Of a stretch of 64,000 nucleotides of DNA, positions 50,326-64,000 are shown piece after piece; position 1 is the stretch's first letter; the number at the start of each line of letters is the position of its first letter. The notes below the pieces were generated by a model. It did no database searches. It saw only the letters and a program-made list of their open reading frames with translations, and was not told where the DNA came from. A program made the position numbers and the translations under genes. Source of the DNA: Cystobasidiomycetes sp. EMM_F5 (taxonomy: Eukaryota); contig JBPGPT010000032.1 of the NCBI GenBank assembly GCA_051047955.1, positions 62,001 through 126,000 on the forward strand, read 5' to 3'.

Positions 50326-53300
50326 CTAGCCAAACTTGATTGGCATACCCGGCTGCCATTGTCCAGGCTGTTGCGCTCGGATTGTCCCTGGTGTCGGAGG
50401 TGCTGCCACTGTACGATGTGTTCCATTGGCACTGCGTGCCGTAGGAGGCACATCAGGCGCATTTGAGGGCTCCGGACTGGTCGCTGCCGATTCATGAATA
50501 GACATTGAGTCCATATTGATCGCATTGAGCATGGCCTGAGCCTCGGTCCTTCGAGCGTGTACCCACTGAAAGTTTCGTATTCACACGTCAGCGCAATGCA
50601 TGTCTACGCATGGCCGACGCACTTCTCTGACAGTCACCCTTAGCTGATCAAGCAGCTTCGCAAAGTCTTGATAGAAATGGAACGCTTCCCTTAGATTACT
50701 GCCAATGTCTTTAAATTTTGCAAAAGCCGTATCAAGGCGTTGAAGCGTTTCTTCTCTTTCCTTCGCAGTCGGATCGTTCGTTCTCGCGTGCACAAACCGT
50801 TCATTAGTCTTGCTAATCCTGTCCAATAAGTCGTCCTGTTTGCGTTCGTTGCCTGCTAGTGTATCACAAAAGACGGAGTACTTCTCTAAGTGTTCTTGGA
50901 ACAGGCTGTCGAATTGTGCAGCATCTAGCGCTTGACTCGATGAGGCCGTCAGTTCTGCGGCAAGTTGCATGACCGGGGTTCGTATGGAATCGGTGGAAGC
51001 AGTGCGCTGTGCAGTGTCAGCAATTCTCCGACGAGCAGCTGTGAGATCGTCCAAATCCTCGAGCTGTCTTCGCAATTCTCGGACAAGACCGACTTGAGAT
51101 GACGACGAGGTCAAGTCATCGTAACCGGGTTTTGCCTTGGCGGCCGATGGAATGGCGGCTTCAAGAGCATCCTTGACGTGCGACCGTGTCAGCGAACAAA
51201 CCTTTTCAACTATAGGTCATGCAACTTACTCTGGGACCCTCAAGTAGCGAGAGTGCGCCCTCCCATTCGGTCATCTTATCTCGTATGGCATGGTCGCTCT
51301 TGGCAGCCGTGTCGAGAGTGTACTTAAATTTCGCAATTTTCGCACGTAGTTGGCCGTTAAGTTCAACGCTTGGCTGCCGGGACCATCTCTCGGTCCCATA
51401 ATGCTGGCGAAGCTGGGCATCCTCAGACTCCTCTTGCGCTAGGAGATCGGTCACATCCTGCAGTACTTTGTAGTTGGTGCTGGCTGTAGAGAGAGAGTCT
51501 TGCATGAGCGTCCGCAATCGCTTCGTACCTCCATCCCGCCGTAATTCTTCTGCTTTTCGCACAAGTGTTGGCGGTAAGCCTTGTGGAACTTCCAGCGCTT
51601 GTATCGAGCCGGGCAATTTATTGCTCTGTAATACTTGGTTGGCACGCGCATCGAGCTCGTCTTTCTTGCTGAGGATCTCTGTACGGATGAGTTCTTGTTT
51701 GCGATCGTCATAGAGCGCTATAGCTAGATGGATAGCAAAGGGCACCATATTCTCAAACAAAGGTCGCTGCCCGAGACCTCCTCTGCCCACGTGAAGCCTA
51801 GGGATTGGATACTCAATTTCCTGTGGCACAGCTGCTTTGACCATATCTGCTGGCACAATTGCTGCCAAAGATGATTCAGACGTGACTGCTTCGTGGTATA
51901 TGAGGCGATTATCGCGTTCTGCTCGGCCTATCAGATCCGTCAGTGTGGCTTGGAGTGACTTATACACGCAGATAAATCGCGTCAGTAATGAAGCCCGTGG
52001 CTGAGATTGCTCACATAACAGCACAGACTCACTTTGATGTCTGTTACCACACTCTGCGCGACGCCCTTTTTACTAGCGTCCAGCCCGTTCCGGACGTACT
52101 TTTGTGCTACATGCAACCTTCCGAGCTCATCACCGTATCTGTTCGCACCAGAGTCGTCGAGACTCTTTCGGTACTGCGCTACTGCCGCAAAATGCCAGCG
52201 CTTGTACGTAACGTGGTTTATCCAATCCTAGAAATGCATTGACATGTAAATACAGCGGCAACGCAAAATACAGAACTCGGTTGCATACCGTTGGAAACGT
52301 CCAGGTAGGCCACGCGCCGCCAGCTGCTTTCGCCGATTGAGCAGCATCCAGTGCTGCTGCGTAGTATTCTGCCACTTTGCCAGCTACTTTGGCAATCACG
52401 CCATTCTTCTTGTGATCAGCTACTGCTCGTTGAAAGTAGCACTCCTGAGCTTGAGCTAGGCAGAATGACTTGAGAGCCTCGAGAGCAGATGGTTGCAGAT
52501 CTGGCGATACTGGCTCCGCTCCATCATTCAGCTTCTGCAATTTGGGCAGTATGCTATCCTGTAGATACTGAAGCACTCCGGCGGCATTCTGGAATACGGA
52601 CAATAAGGTCAGCGCCTGTTGGTGCGCGGATGTGTGGAGGCTATCTACCTGGAGATTTGCTATCGCCTGCTTCATGCCTTCCGCTTGCGATCTATCTTCG
52701 ACGACCGCTAGTTGGGCATAAGCAGCGGCGATGTTGATGAGCAGGCAACACTGCTCAAAGATGAGGTCGAAACGCTCTATGGGAACTTGAGTTGGCAGAG
52801 TACCTGGGAGCAGGTAATCTGCAACGGTCGATGATCCTGGTCCGGAACCAGGAGGAGCAGAGTACAGAGCATACCATGGAAACGCTACTCCCAACTGCAG
52901 GATGGGAGCTTTGGTGTCAGCGCGTGTACACCAGGCCATAAAATAGTAGAACGCACGTCAGTCGGGAATTTCGTGAGCATGTAGACAATCTGGGCGTGGT
53001 ATCTGGAATGGAATCGAGTGAGGATACGCTCCCAATATCAAAATCTGTAAGCTTGTTATGCTTGTACCTACAGCACCATCCTGCTCAGTGTGACATTCAG
53101 CGGCGCGTTGCTGCTGCTGCCTGCCCTGTGATCCGATCCGCTACTGTTCGGCACGACAGATGCATCTTTGCGTAGCTGATGCAGCTGCCGTGCGTCCGGC
53201 AGGAGCGCATCTGGATGGCTGTCTGGGACGTCATTCCGGAAGTGCTGTTCTGCATGCGCTTCGATGGCCGCGACGTAATCAACCTGGATCGCAAGATACA

Positions 53301-53396
53301 GTGAGTCCGTGGGTCCGAGTGTGCTACTAGGACCTACAACAGACTGACCTCCTCGGTGTATTTGAAGGGGAAGCTGAGCAGACGAGCTGAAGTCAT
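50326..53396 (-). CDS. RIM20: BRO1-domain pH-response protein Rim20/PalA (Alix-like)
   Basis: LIFEQCCLLINIAA, FQNAAG, CLAQAQECYFQRA, RAERDNRLIY, LPGSIQALEVPQGLPP, YGTERWSR. The short C-terminus WQPGMPIKFG lacks the long Pro-rich tail of Bro1. Confidence 0.88.
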
Positions 53397-54029
53397 GCTG
53401 GCAGCGACTGTTCAGTCCAGCTACCGATACCGGGGAATCCAAGGTTGGACGGCCAAATACTGTTCTTCAGTAGGTTACAGCTGCCAGAATGTGCAGTATG
53501 GCCTCCTCCATTGTCAGTATGGCTAGAAATCATAGGCAAAGTCACCAGCAGCAAGCGTTGACGACAGATAGCCGATCATCATCGTTTTCAGGTACGGTCG
53601 CGCTGGCTCCTTCGGAAAGCTGTCAACAAATTATTAAGCGACGATTTGATTGCTTGCTTCAGGTGACCTCGGCGTTCTGCGCATACTAAGTGCTAGCTTA
53701 TTACTCGAAAAGCACGGCAAGTCGCTTGAAATAGTCCTACTCTACTCAAGACAGGCTTTGCCTATATGTACATTGCGCAACACGCTCTCCTACAAAGATC
53801 CTCACAGTGAAAGCAAACAGAAAAGCTGCGCATAGAATTGTCGTTGTATAAGTCACGCCTGCACCGCTGGCGATGAACTCACGTGCACCGCCTGTCACGG
53901 TCGTCGTTGCCACACTTGCACCCGGGGCCGACCCGCAGTCTGAGCGAGTCTTCTGTCTGGCATGACCTGGACTGCCGCGAATGCTGCGAAGCTGATACAT
54001 GCAGGGTACACACTGCTGGCACCAGTACC

Positions 54030-56158
54030 ATGACAATGAAGGAGAAGCGTCTCAAGGCTGAGGATGGCATTCCTTTGCTCGCCGTGAGCGACGATAGCGC
54101 TTCGGATGAGGGAGACCAGAGGAGATCCAAGTCAAAAGGCGTCACCTTCAAAGATGTTGAACGAGATGATATGCGGTCGCCAGATCCAGAAATGGAGGAA
54201 CTCGAAGAGTTGGAGCAGGAGCTCGGATTGCTGGATGGTCACCACGCCGAAAGGCAAAACAGCATATTAGGCCGCCTGTTCCAGAGGCGTACAGATGACA
54301 CCGCCAAGAGGAGGATGCCTCATTCAAGTGCCTTGCCTCGCTGGAATCAAAGCCCCGAACGCGCGACCTTCAAGCGTCGAAATGTCCTGATAGTAGCCTC
54401 GTGCCTTATTTTGGCAGTTGTCGCTGGAACCGCCGGCTTATACATATTTGGGGTATGTAGATGGTAGGTTAACGCATCATAGCACCTGCTGATGATACAT
54501 TACGCGAATCTACCCAGTTTCGCGCCCACTTCATCTACAAACCGAGTCCGATAGCAAAGAATCAAAATGCGACACTACCAACGCCAGAACCGGAAAAGTC
54601 GTCAGGTGCCGACATGACAATTCTGCCTATGACTGGAAGAGTGTACACCGACGACTTTATCAGATTTGCCGACGAAGTGGTACTGACAATCAAAGTAGGT
54701 TATTTTTGGATGCGTCTGAAATACAAAGCTGATGCTCGTGCTTTTGTGCAGTCTGGTGCCGCTGTTTTCTTCTCTCGCATGCCTATCCATTTCATCGAGG
54801 AAGCGGGTAACTTGGGATTGATCAAGAACAGGATCATCCTGGCCGACTTCGATGGAGAAGTCAATGGCATGCCGATTGTGAACGGTCAGGGATTATCATA
54901 TCTCGCATGTGATGTTTTTCTGACAAGGTCAAGCAGTTCTCGCAAACGTGTCAGAGACGGTTAAGGATCAGGATGACTTCAAGCCATACTGGGAAATCCA
55001 GGAGTTGCAGAAGCACAATGTTCCTCTAGACAAAGCAAATGGAGGTTGGCAACTCGACAAGTCAGTTCTATCCGTATGGCGCCAGCGGATGTATTCTGGC
55101 TGAATGTGCAATTGTCAGATACAAGTTTTTACCATTACACGGCTACACATATCGAGCATTTCCGAACGCCAGCTTTACGGTGCATATCGAAGGAGACACA
55201 TATCTCATCCAAGAAGGTCTTCTGCGTTGGCTGTACGAGATGGACCCAGACGAGCAGATCATGGCAGGAGCGGTCTCGCTGATCAACGATTTCGCCTTTG
55301 CCCACGGAGGAAGCGGGTACGTTCTGTCTCGCGGAATGATGCAGGCGAGTTGGGCGCGAAACCCTCATCTGGAGGACGAATATGACGATGTTGTCAGAGA
55401 CAATTGCTGTGGTGACTTTGTCCTTTCCGAAGTATTCCGCGATATCGAGAGCAAGCCCAACTCGACATTACAGTACGACTCACCCAATATAGACTGCGGC
55501 GGACGCTTCCAGGGCGCTCCACCCAACGATATTCTCTTTGACTGGTGGAATTCATGTCAACCGATCTTTACCTTTCATCATATCACCGCAGAAGACTCGC
55601 ATGCGCTATACCACTTTGAGCGTTCGATGTACCCAAAGCTGGACCCGACGGAATACATCCGGTACATTGACGTCTTCGACCACTTTTACCCGCAATTCCT
55701 GAAAGATGCGGCAGACAACGGAGTCACCAGTTTCGTGCAATTGGGATGGGATGTTCACGCCGAAGACCGGCATATCGAGAAGGAAGATGGCTTGATCATC
55801 ACTTCAGAAGTGTGCGAACAAAAATGTCATGAGTGGGACGAATGCGTGAATTGGACATTCAGAGAACCAGACAATGATGGAGATCGCGACAAGATGGGTT
55901 GCTGGATCGGTGATAGGTAAGGCGAAATGCATCACTATGTTCACCTGGCCTGAACTTCATTCCATCAGGATACGATTCGGTAAAGCCGCCTCCGGCGTCA
56001 CGAGCGGATTCATGCTAGATAGGCTGCATACGTGGCGAGAACGACGTGATTGCCGTCCGCCACCGTGGGCAGCTCGAGTTGAGGAGCCCACTCCGGATAT
56101 GGCAGATTCAGAAGAGGTTGCAAACTCAGCGGACAGAGTGGAAGTGGAAACAGAATAG
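54030..56158 (+). CDS. Fringe-like glycosyltransferase family 31, type II membrane protein with a C-terminal Cys-rich (PAN/apple-like) region
   Basis: TM VLIVASCLILAVVAGTAGLYIF; GWQLDK|YKFLP; IEGDTY (DxD-like); FAHGGSGYVLSRG; CCGDFVL; CQPIFTFHH; C..KC.EW.EC..W. Confidence 0.88.
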
Positions 56159-56352
56159 GCAGTCGGGGCTTTCTGTTTAGAGGCGACTCTTGCCATATGT
56201 TGATGTATCATATATTGTAACCAATGGTTGGATGAAACCAACGGCTGCCCTGCAAGAGCGTTCACTTTGTTACAGGCAGAGTATGCCGTCCAGTAGGAGG
56301 CATCTGCGACGGAGGCCGATGTTGCAAGTACAAATAAGGACAGGACTTTACG

Positions 56353-59300
56353 CTACTCCGTCTTCTTGCTATTTGGATCAGCTTGCTGGCCTTTATTGCG
56401 GAAAAATGCGCCATTTTTGCGAGCCCGAACGACCTTCTTCCAGCCTTTCGCTTTGACTGCGTTGAGTGCTTTTCCAACAGGCTTACCGATGAGTGCTGGC
56501 ATACCAAAGAAACCATCATCCTCTGCCATATCCTCGCTCTCTTTTGCAAGGGTACGAGGGGGAACGAGTGCATCGTGCATCCCACTTTCAGAATGATAAT
56601 CAGAAAATATGGTCAGAAGGCTTGTCGCATGCGGAATTCATCGTGGTTTCCTCACTGGGCTTTCAGCATACGATAAGCCATGTCGGCTTTTGGGGTAGGT
56701 TTCCACGGTCTGTCATCGTCCTCATCAAATTGAAGACGTAGAGCTTTTGGCGCAAACTTGAAAGCGGAGTCCAAGTCGACACTGGTCAGGGGCCGTTCGG
56801 CCGATTGAAAGCGAGCCCAGCGCGATGTCATCTGTAACTATGATCAGAGTCTGGTTGGACCCTCTGTAGAGGCCTTTGCATACGAAATGTAATGTCTGGT
56901 TAAATCGCGCGCGAAGCCAGAAGCGATACATCACGGTTGCAAACGGCGCCGGAAGCCTGTGAGAACACATCAGCATTCTAAGGACTCAGGTTATCGATGA
57001 ACCGCACATCAGGAGACCCATTTTAGCCGACTTGGATTGTAGCCCGCACGTTAATCCTAGCATGCCTTGGGAAAAAAGCAAGAATAGCAAAATCCTAAAT
57101 AGTGGAAGTCAGCATTCTATAATTACGCCGTGCTACGACCTAAATGAATCTTACCGGTCGCATTCGGGCAGCCAGAAGCGGCCACATGTTTCGGAATGAG
57201 TCTGATACAGTAAGAGTGCCTGTACCTTATGTACCATCCACAGCAAGAACAGCGCGACGGAGGCGAAGATAGTCATGAAAGGCACCACAGGAGCGTACAG
57301 AAGGCCTCTGTCGCAGCTTCAGTATTAGCTGCCGTTTATATTAGCGCGCCAGGTACCCACAAAGCCACCATGAACATGCATTGCGGAATCTGCCGTCACA
57401 CGGGAAGCTGTTATAAGTAATACTATGTTGTCAGCGAGCCTTAGACTTACGTGCTGTGCATACATGGCATCCTGTATTTCGAAGTCGCCTTTCTCCCTGG
57501 CAGTCAAATGTCGGTAGAAACGAGCAAAGAACTGTTTAGCCAGAACAGGTCCGCCCAGTAGCTGTATGACCGCAAGCAACCATCGAAGTGCGAACCAATT
57601 GAGCCAGTAGCTGAAATTCGAGCGAGTTTTTAATTAAGCAGGCGGTGCCTGGAAATTTGCAAGTTTGTTATACTCACTTGGCTTGCTGCTGGTACGTAGT
57701 GGGTATCTGACTCAAGAAGAATACGATCTCGAGAAATATCTTCTTCAACACGCCTTTACTGTCTTGTGAGAAAGATTGACTTCCGATGGCACGGTTGGTC
57801 GTTAACAAAGTGAAAATCGTGCTGAGAGAAGGGAAGACCATCATTTGTGCGAAAATTATAAATGCGAGATTCCAATGTATGGTGCGAGATTGGAGTGAAC
57901 GAGATGTTTTTACCCCTTGCTGATACGCGATCCAATGAATGATATGCGGCAACACAGAGAACATTGTAGCCGACATTATAGGCGGCACAGTAGCTGCGAT
58001 GCATGACGTCAGTATCGATCTGACATTGCTGTCACCTCCACCTACTTGTCGCCGCGAGAAAAACATCGGGATGTATTTTCTGAAAATCCTGCAAGGTTGG
58101 AAAATATTTAGTCACAGCAGCAACATTAGACAGCAGTGCGATGAAGGCCAGCGGCTGCGTTATACCGCATCTTCAGCTGTACATGCGTGCAATCAATGGC
58201 AACCCTTACCGGCGTGTATATTGTAATCAGGACCAGCAGAGCTCCGTATCCAAGCAAGTATCGAGCAGCTCGCGTTCTCGCATTCATTGTGATGTTTGGC
58301 CAAATGAGTCCGTTAGGTCTGCGATATATCCGAGGTCAGGTCGCGCTTCCGATACAAAATATGTCATGACTTACGTAGGCGCAAAATCGATTTCCCACTG
58401 CGTCGCATCTAGTCTTCCTACTATTGATGTGCTCTCTCGAACAAAGTAACTAACGTGCGCTGTTGCAGCGAACCCTATCACTGCATAAGGGTGGGGGGTA
58501 TGGTTGATTGTATGTGCCGACCAGTTCTCAAGGAGAGCTTCCTTGAAGTACGGTAAAGCAGGCACATCGTTCTTTGCGCACGCTAGTAGTCCTGGTCTGA
58601 GTGCTGCTCATTAGCTAAGACATCGACCTGTGGTCGAATATGATTTGGCTTACGGGGTAAGCATGAGCTCGTCATCCTCGCCCTTTCCTGCCGCAAAGTG
58701 CTCGTTCAGTATCTGCTGCAAGGCTCCCACCAGCTCATTGTGTGCATCCATGCGCAATGCCTTATTCTCTGGGTCTTCCGGCGTGTATATTCGTATCACA
58801 GGCTTGAGCCCGGCCAGTTCCTTTATATTCTTGATTCGACCGAGGATTTCCGCTTTGATCTGGTCGGGTTGATGGGAAGTACCCAAGTCTGCAATGAGTA
58901 CGCATCTCTTGTAGACGTCGGCCTTGAGCTCCAGGTATCCCGGATGTGAGAAAAATTTGATGCGGTGACTGCTGGCACTTATCAGCGAAGCCCTAGAACT
59001 TGCTCTGTCTACTTACGCTGACAACTCGCGACTGTCTAAGGACACATACGTCAGATGAGACTAGCTCGGAACTTTCGCAGACCTACTCCACCACATCAAC
59101 AAAAACACCACAACAGTAACCGTGTATCCAGCGGCAATATGGAAGTATAGAGTATCGCCACCGATACCGGAAATTGTAAAATCGGAAATTGAGATGGTTT
59201 CGAATGTCGCGTCTTTGTAAGACTTGCCAGGATTGTGCCCCTGCCAGTCCGCAATGGGCAGAGTCCACAAAGTAAAAGTTGCGCAAACTGCGAATATACT

Positions 59301-59898
59301 GTAAGACATCCACAGCAGGCGTAAATAGGCAAGCTGGTCGAGGCCGCATTCGAGCAAGATGTTCGATTGTCCCAGGTGCGATGTGCCCATAGTACAATCC
59401 TCCGGCATCATTAGTTTCCCGAAAAACTCGCTCGTGGCCTCCCATACTCTCGCCAAATACATGCGTCTTCTTCCGCTCCTAGGCTTTGTTGACTCATCAT
59501 CGGAATCATCATCTTTCGTATCTCCCTTGCCCTTTTTGGTTCTGCCTGATCGGTCAGAACCATCAGTCCTTCGAACACGCTTCGTTTTTGGTGCCAGTTG
59601 ACCCTGAATAGCATGGCAATATTCAGGCGCTCAGTTTGGAGGGATTGCTCAAGCAGCATATAGCGGGTCTCACAGCAAGATTGGGTCGCAATGCGCAGAT
59701 GTAAATCGCAAAGCCTAGACCAGCTGCAGCCATCATATAGGAAGTTTGCCGGACAACATCTGCGCCAGTGATACTGTTGAGCTTGCTCGTGTATGTGCCA
59801 ACAAGAGTTGAGCCGATGTCGGTTAGGTCGCCCGCCGATAACTCTCTCTTGCCATGCTGCATTGCTGCAGACACGGTTGCTCGCTGGATGCGTTGCAT
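56353..59898 (-). CDS. CSC1/OSCA/TMEM63 (RSN1_7TM) calcium-permeable stress-gated channel, multi-exon
   Basis: N-terminal TM ending ...ALRP, CGLDQLAYLRLL, TISISDFTI, LYFHIAAGY..., and later multiple TMs with VPPIM..F..LP, Q.G..T, YWLNW and Y.FCTLL.APF. The start (59898 or 59862) and exon boundaries are approximate. Confidence 0.8.
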
Positions 59899-60280
59899 GG
59901 TGCTGGCACAGTTCAGAGCGTCAGGTCGAGTGTTGTCAGTACTGTGTCTTGCCGTAGCAGACAGCTATATCGCCTGTCAGCCGGGTGGCCATCGCGATGG
60001 ACCTTTGTTCCAGATGGACGATATGCCTTTGTCCATCTTAAAGTCAGCAGCGAGACACTCTCAATCGACCTGTCTGGCTTTCCCTCTCAGACTGTGTATA
60101 GACAGCACTGTCCAGATCATTGGGAGGATGTAGGCGCAACGGTCCACGCAGATGCATTAGCCACTCTCATAGCCTAGCCGCGTAGCCGCGAGTGTTAGTA
60201 TTCGCGTCGTCACTCCATTAGTTTGATGTCGACGAGAATAAAGGTGTCAGTTTCGATTTGGCTGTGTTGCAACAACTTCA

Positions 60281-63238
60281 ATGCCTAAGCGAGACGGCGA
60301 TAGTAGCAGCAAGAGGAGCGATAAAAAGGATAGAGGCAGCCGTGACGACAGGAAACATAGAGACCGCCAGGGCAGAGACCGCGATAGCGCCAGCAGACAT
60401 GGCAAGCGACCAGCGTCATCGAGCTCAAAGTCCAGGATTGTCGACGATGACGGCGACGACGAGGAGATCTGGGTCGAGAAAGCTCAGGACAGCGGAGAGC
60501 AGGTAGGCGGTCGCAGAATCCCGAAGCTGGTGGAAGGCTGACCGAACGCGACTCATAATTGCATTACAATCGTCACCGCTGCTGCTGAAACAACACCCCA
60601 TTTCCCCGCTACAACAACCGCAGCCAGACTCTGTCACTAACATACCATCACGAGCAGCTTTGTCGCTAACGTCGCGAGCGTACGAAAAGCCTGGTGATCC
60701 GAAGTTACCGGATGGTGTGGCTGCCGAGACGTCCGGAAAGGAGAAGCGAGATGACTGGATGCTCGAGGCAAGCGCAGCTCCCGGAACCTCTTCAAGCAAA
60801 CTCGCACCGATGCGGCAGTCTGATAACCTCACCCACGGCGGGACTTTCAGGATTGGGGAAATTCCGACTGGCATCGCAAAGCCATCCAAGCACAACACTG
60901 TCGAGCAATTCACCGATGGCTACGGCGAGGGGGACGTCGGCGCCAAGGGAACATTCGGAGGAGACTTCTTCTCGTCTCTGGGCGAGCAGCGACAGAAGAA
61001 GGAGCCGCCAAAGCCCAAAGCAGCGACAGATAGACCCAAAATGTCATCCAGGGAGCTCAATACTGGTATTTATGATGAACGAGGAGCGCGCTTAGACGAT
61101 ACATCAGCCGTGATGAATGCCGCGGCAGAACAGTCAGCCCGATCAAGGCAAGACTCGGGGCCACCATTGCCTGGATCAAGTGGGTCTAGCTGGAGAATGA
61201 TGAAGCTAAAACGTGCCTATGAAGCTGCATCCGACGAGAACCGCCCAATCGCGGAAGTTGGAATAGAGCGGTTCGGCAGCACAGAAGCGTTCGAAGCGGC
61301 AATCGAAGAACGCAAATACCTCGACTCTCGAGGCAGTCAGACGGGTGCTTTGTCAGCGTTGCAAGGGAGGCAACATGCACACCTGCGGGACAAAGCGGCA
61401 CAATCCAATAATGGAGCAGAGGACGGTCTCGATGAATTTGGTCGTGAGAAGCGTCGAGACGATGACGAGAGCAGCAGAAGCAGTGTCCAAGGTCGTTACA
61501 TCTTCAATAATCCTGCTTCCACGCCTTCGTCTCGACCACCATCGCGAGCAGGTTCGTTCCGCCGACCCGGTACCAGTGCAGATGATGTGACAGCACAAGG
61601 CTCGCGAGCAGCGACACCCACTGCGCAACAGAGAGCCGCGGCAGACAGAGCGACACCAAAGCCATCGACGCCAATCCCTTCCGTCTTTACTCCGCCGCCA
61701 ATGCAGTCTAACGCTGGTCCCAGCAGTAATAGACCGTCGCAACTACAACAGTCCACATCCTCCACGGATGTCGCTACTGCACATGCGGAAATGCAGGAAT
61801 CCAGGCCGGCGCTGAGCCAAACCGAGCTAAATAAGCTGCAAGCCAAGATTCTGAGAGCTCGCCTCATGGGTGAAACTCCTGCTGAAGTCGCTACAATGGA
61901 GCGAGAGTACGAGTCAGAAGTAGCTCGAAGTCGTCAAGGGGACGCGGGACAAGGGTATTTTGATGGACACCAAGTTGGATCCACTGAAGCCGGCGATCAA
62001 CAGACGGAGGTAAGAGTGCTACCTACTCTGGACGGCTACGGGCGCTTGTATGATGTAGGCAACAGCAAAGGGCCCGCAGAAGAGGGTTCGACGCTACCGG
62101 GTAATCGAAAGCGTAAGAAGGAGAAATACTTCGAGACCCGCGACACTAAGACTGGCGAAGTGATACGCTACAATGCCGATGACGATGATCTGACTCTTGA
62201 GGAGCTTCTCCGCCAGGAAAAGTTTGGCGGGGGATCAACGGATCAGAAGGACATGGACTATGAGGTCGCCAGCCGAATCGTTACAGACGCCAAATTCGAA
62301 GACGATCTCGAGTACATGGATGATACCGCAGAACGCTTGGCACGGAAGAAGCAAAAGACAGAACAGCAAAAGAAGATGTTTGCCATCAATGACTTTGCCA
62401 AAACTCGGAAAGCGCTTGAGTCTTGTCAATTCTGCTATCAGGACACAGATACTACGACAGTACCGCCCCAAGCAGCCATGGTCTGCCTCGGTACTCGTAC
62501 ATATTTGTCACTACCGCAGTATGAGCCTCTGGTGGAGGGACATGCACTCATAGTCCCGTTGCAGCATCATCTGAGTATGCTCGAGGCAGACGACGATACC
62601 TGGGACGAGGTCAAAGTAAGTCGTTCGAAAAGTCATGCCAGCGAAAGCTGATAAGAGCCGCTGCCTAGAATTACATGAAGACACTCATGCAAATGCATGC
62701 AGCCGATGATCGCGGTGTGATCTTTTATGAGACTGTACTATCATTTAAAGGCCAGAGGCATACCTGCATTGAATGTGTCCCCGTACCATGGGAAATCTTC
62801 GAAGAACTACCCGCGTACTTCAGGGAGGCCATCCTCACCTCCGAAGCAGAATGGTCACAGCACAAGAAGCTGATTGACTTTTCGAGTCGACCTGGCGGAT
62901 TCCGTCGAGCGATGGTGTCGAATCTTCCGTATTTCATGGTGCAATGGGACTACAAAGGCGAGAAGGGTTTTGGACATGTCATTGAGGGAGCAGAGACTGC
63001 GACAGGGGCTGGAGATGGCTATGATTTTGATGAAGGTGCAAAAGGCGGAGGTGAATTTCCACGGTATTTCGCTGCGGAGATTATTGGGAATGTGATGGAG
63101 CTAGAACCGCGCAAGTGGCGAAAGCCACGCAGAATGGACCGCAAGCTCAACGAAGAGCGCATTAAGGAATTTAGGAAAAGATACGATGCATACGACTGGA
63201 CCAAGATGCTGGCGCATTCTTCTGAGATTGTAGCTTAG
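60281..63238 (+). CDS. CWF19: Spliceosome disassembly-stage factor Cwf19 / CWF19L2 (CwfJ C-terminal domains)
   Basis: GSSWRMMKLKR, LNKLQAKILRARLMG, CQFCYQD, GHALIVPLQHH, HTCIECVPVP, SEAEWSQHKKLIDF, LPYFMVQW, GFGHVIE, YDWTKML. Confidence 0.92.
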
Positions 63239-63773
63239 CAGTCAGTCGCAGTAAAGCGCTTGAATCTTCAACAAGTCGACAATGTCACACGTCTCCAAAT
63301 CTGTCCTCGAAATGCTTGCAGCTGAACAGCCACAACGAGATGAGAAAGGCCTAGTATAATGAAACAACATGTTTTTTTGCAAATTTCCTTGGATGTTTCC
63401 AATTGCGCCCATTTGATTTGATGATATCGATACATGTGGCAAGGCTGCCATGCCCACTATCACTGCGAATTGTGAAAGGCCGAAATTGCAGACTTCAACG
63501 AAAAGTATGAATGCTTGTCGAACCGAGCTGCGAAGAGTGCTGCCGAATGCGGTGTTGATCGGAGCGACCATTGCTCGGATCTGAGATAAGTTTGCAGCGA
63601 ACTGAACTGACTTGAGCACTTGGATGATAGACGGAGGATGTTGTGCGGTGTGGAAATGCAGCATTAGGCACGTATTCAGATTCTTGCGAGAGCATGAGAG
63701 AGGGTACGCGATGGCGAAGTGGAGCGAGAGGCCCCGTCAAAGGGATGAAAGCTGCGTTGTCAACGTTCTAATT

Positions 63774-64000
63774 TCACGGCGTCTGCACCGGACGCCGAGT
63801 TGTCCTGTCGAAACGGGATATCCTCCGCATCTCGCCTTCCTTGCCTTCCACCCATTGTATCTCAAGTGTATCCGTTATGAGCAGCGTATTGTACTGCAGC
63901 AGCCCATTAGCCCTGTCATCTGACGATGATGATGCCAGCGACGCGCAGACGAAATGGGCAGCGAGGTATCCTTCTCTTCCTCCATTAGACGGCTGAGCCA
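63774..64000 (-). CDS. Possible 3' end of a gene entering from the right edge
   Basis: A stop-free minus-strand frame runs from the window end (AQPSNGGREGYLAAHFVCASL...RRPVQTP*) to TGA at 63774. No family was recognised. Confidence 0.3.
   Translation of the reverse strand, partial: AQPSNGGREGYLAAHFVCASLASSSSDDRANGLLQYNTLLITDTLEIQWVEGKEGEMRRISRFDRTTRRPVQTP

Noticed and set aside
63242..63664. 140-aa minus-strand ORF abutting the CWF19 stop
   Set aside because: No recognisable motif, and it ends 3 nt from the CWF19 stop, so it lies over that gene's 3' UTR. It cannot be supported as a gene without expression data.
1..64000. tRNA, rRNA, snRNA, transposon, CRISPR or horizontally acquired bacterial genes
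   Set aside because: None was recognised by eye. All identified genes are intron-containing fungal-type genes. A tRNAscan/Infernal/RepeatMasker run would be needed to exclude them fully.

Overview
This is eukaryotic DNA from a compact, intron-rich fungal genome, most likely a basidiomycete yeast. Taxonomy is inferred from mostly 45-70 nt introns with CTRAY-type branch sites, roughly balanced GC content, a CAP10-type GT90 gene and an unsplit dynein that keeps its C-terminal cap. About 18 spliced protein-coding genes can be reconstructed: D-amino-acid oxidase, GT90 xylosyltransferase-like, two tandem NAPE-PLD-like metallo-beta-lactamases, GT15 mannosyltransferase, a Ser/Thr-rich single-pass membrane protein, a PUF protein, cytoplasmic dynein heavy chain, NOT4, twinfilin, a small STGSxGW-motif protein, MDM12, ARMC8/Vid28, RPS27, an acetyl-CoA transporter, Rim20/PalA, GT31, a CSC1/OSCA channel and Cwf19, plus partial genes at both edges. 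I found no tRNA, rRNA, transposon or CRISPR array, and no clear-cut novel multigene system. The best leads are two spliced transcription units invisible to the ORF track, structured introns in RPS27 and NOT4, an N-terminally extended eS27, frequent AAG splice acceptors and a diverged NAPE-PLD tandem pair. All gene models were built by hand and need RNA-seq confirmation.
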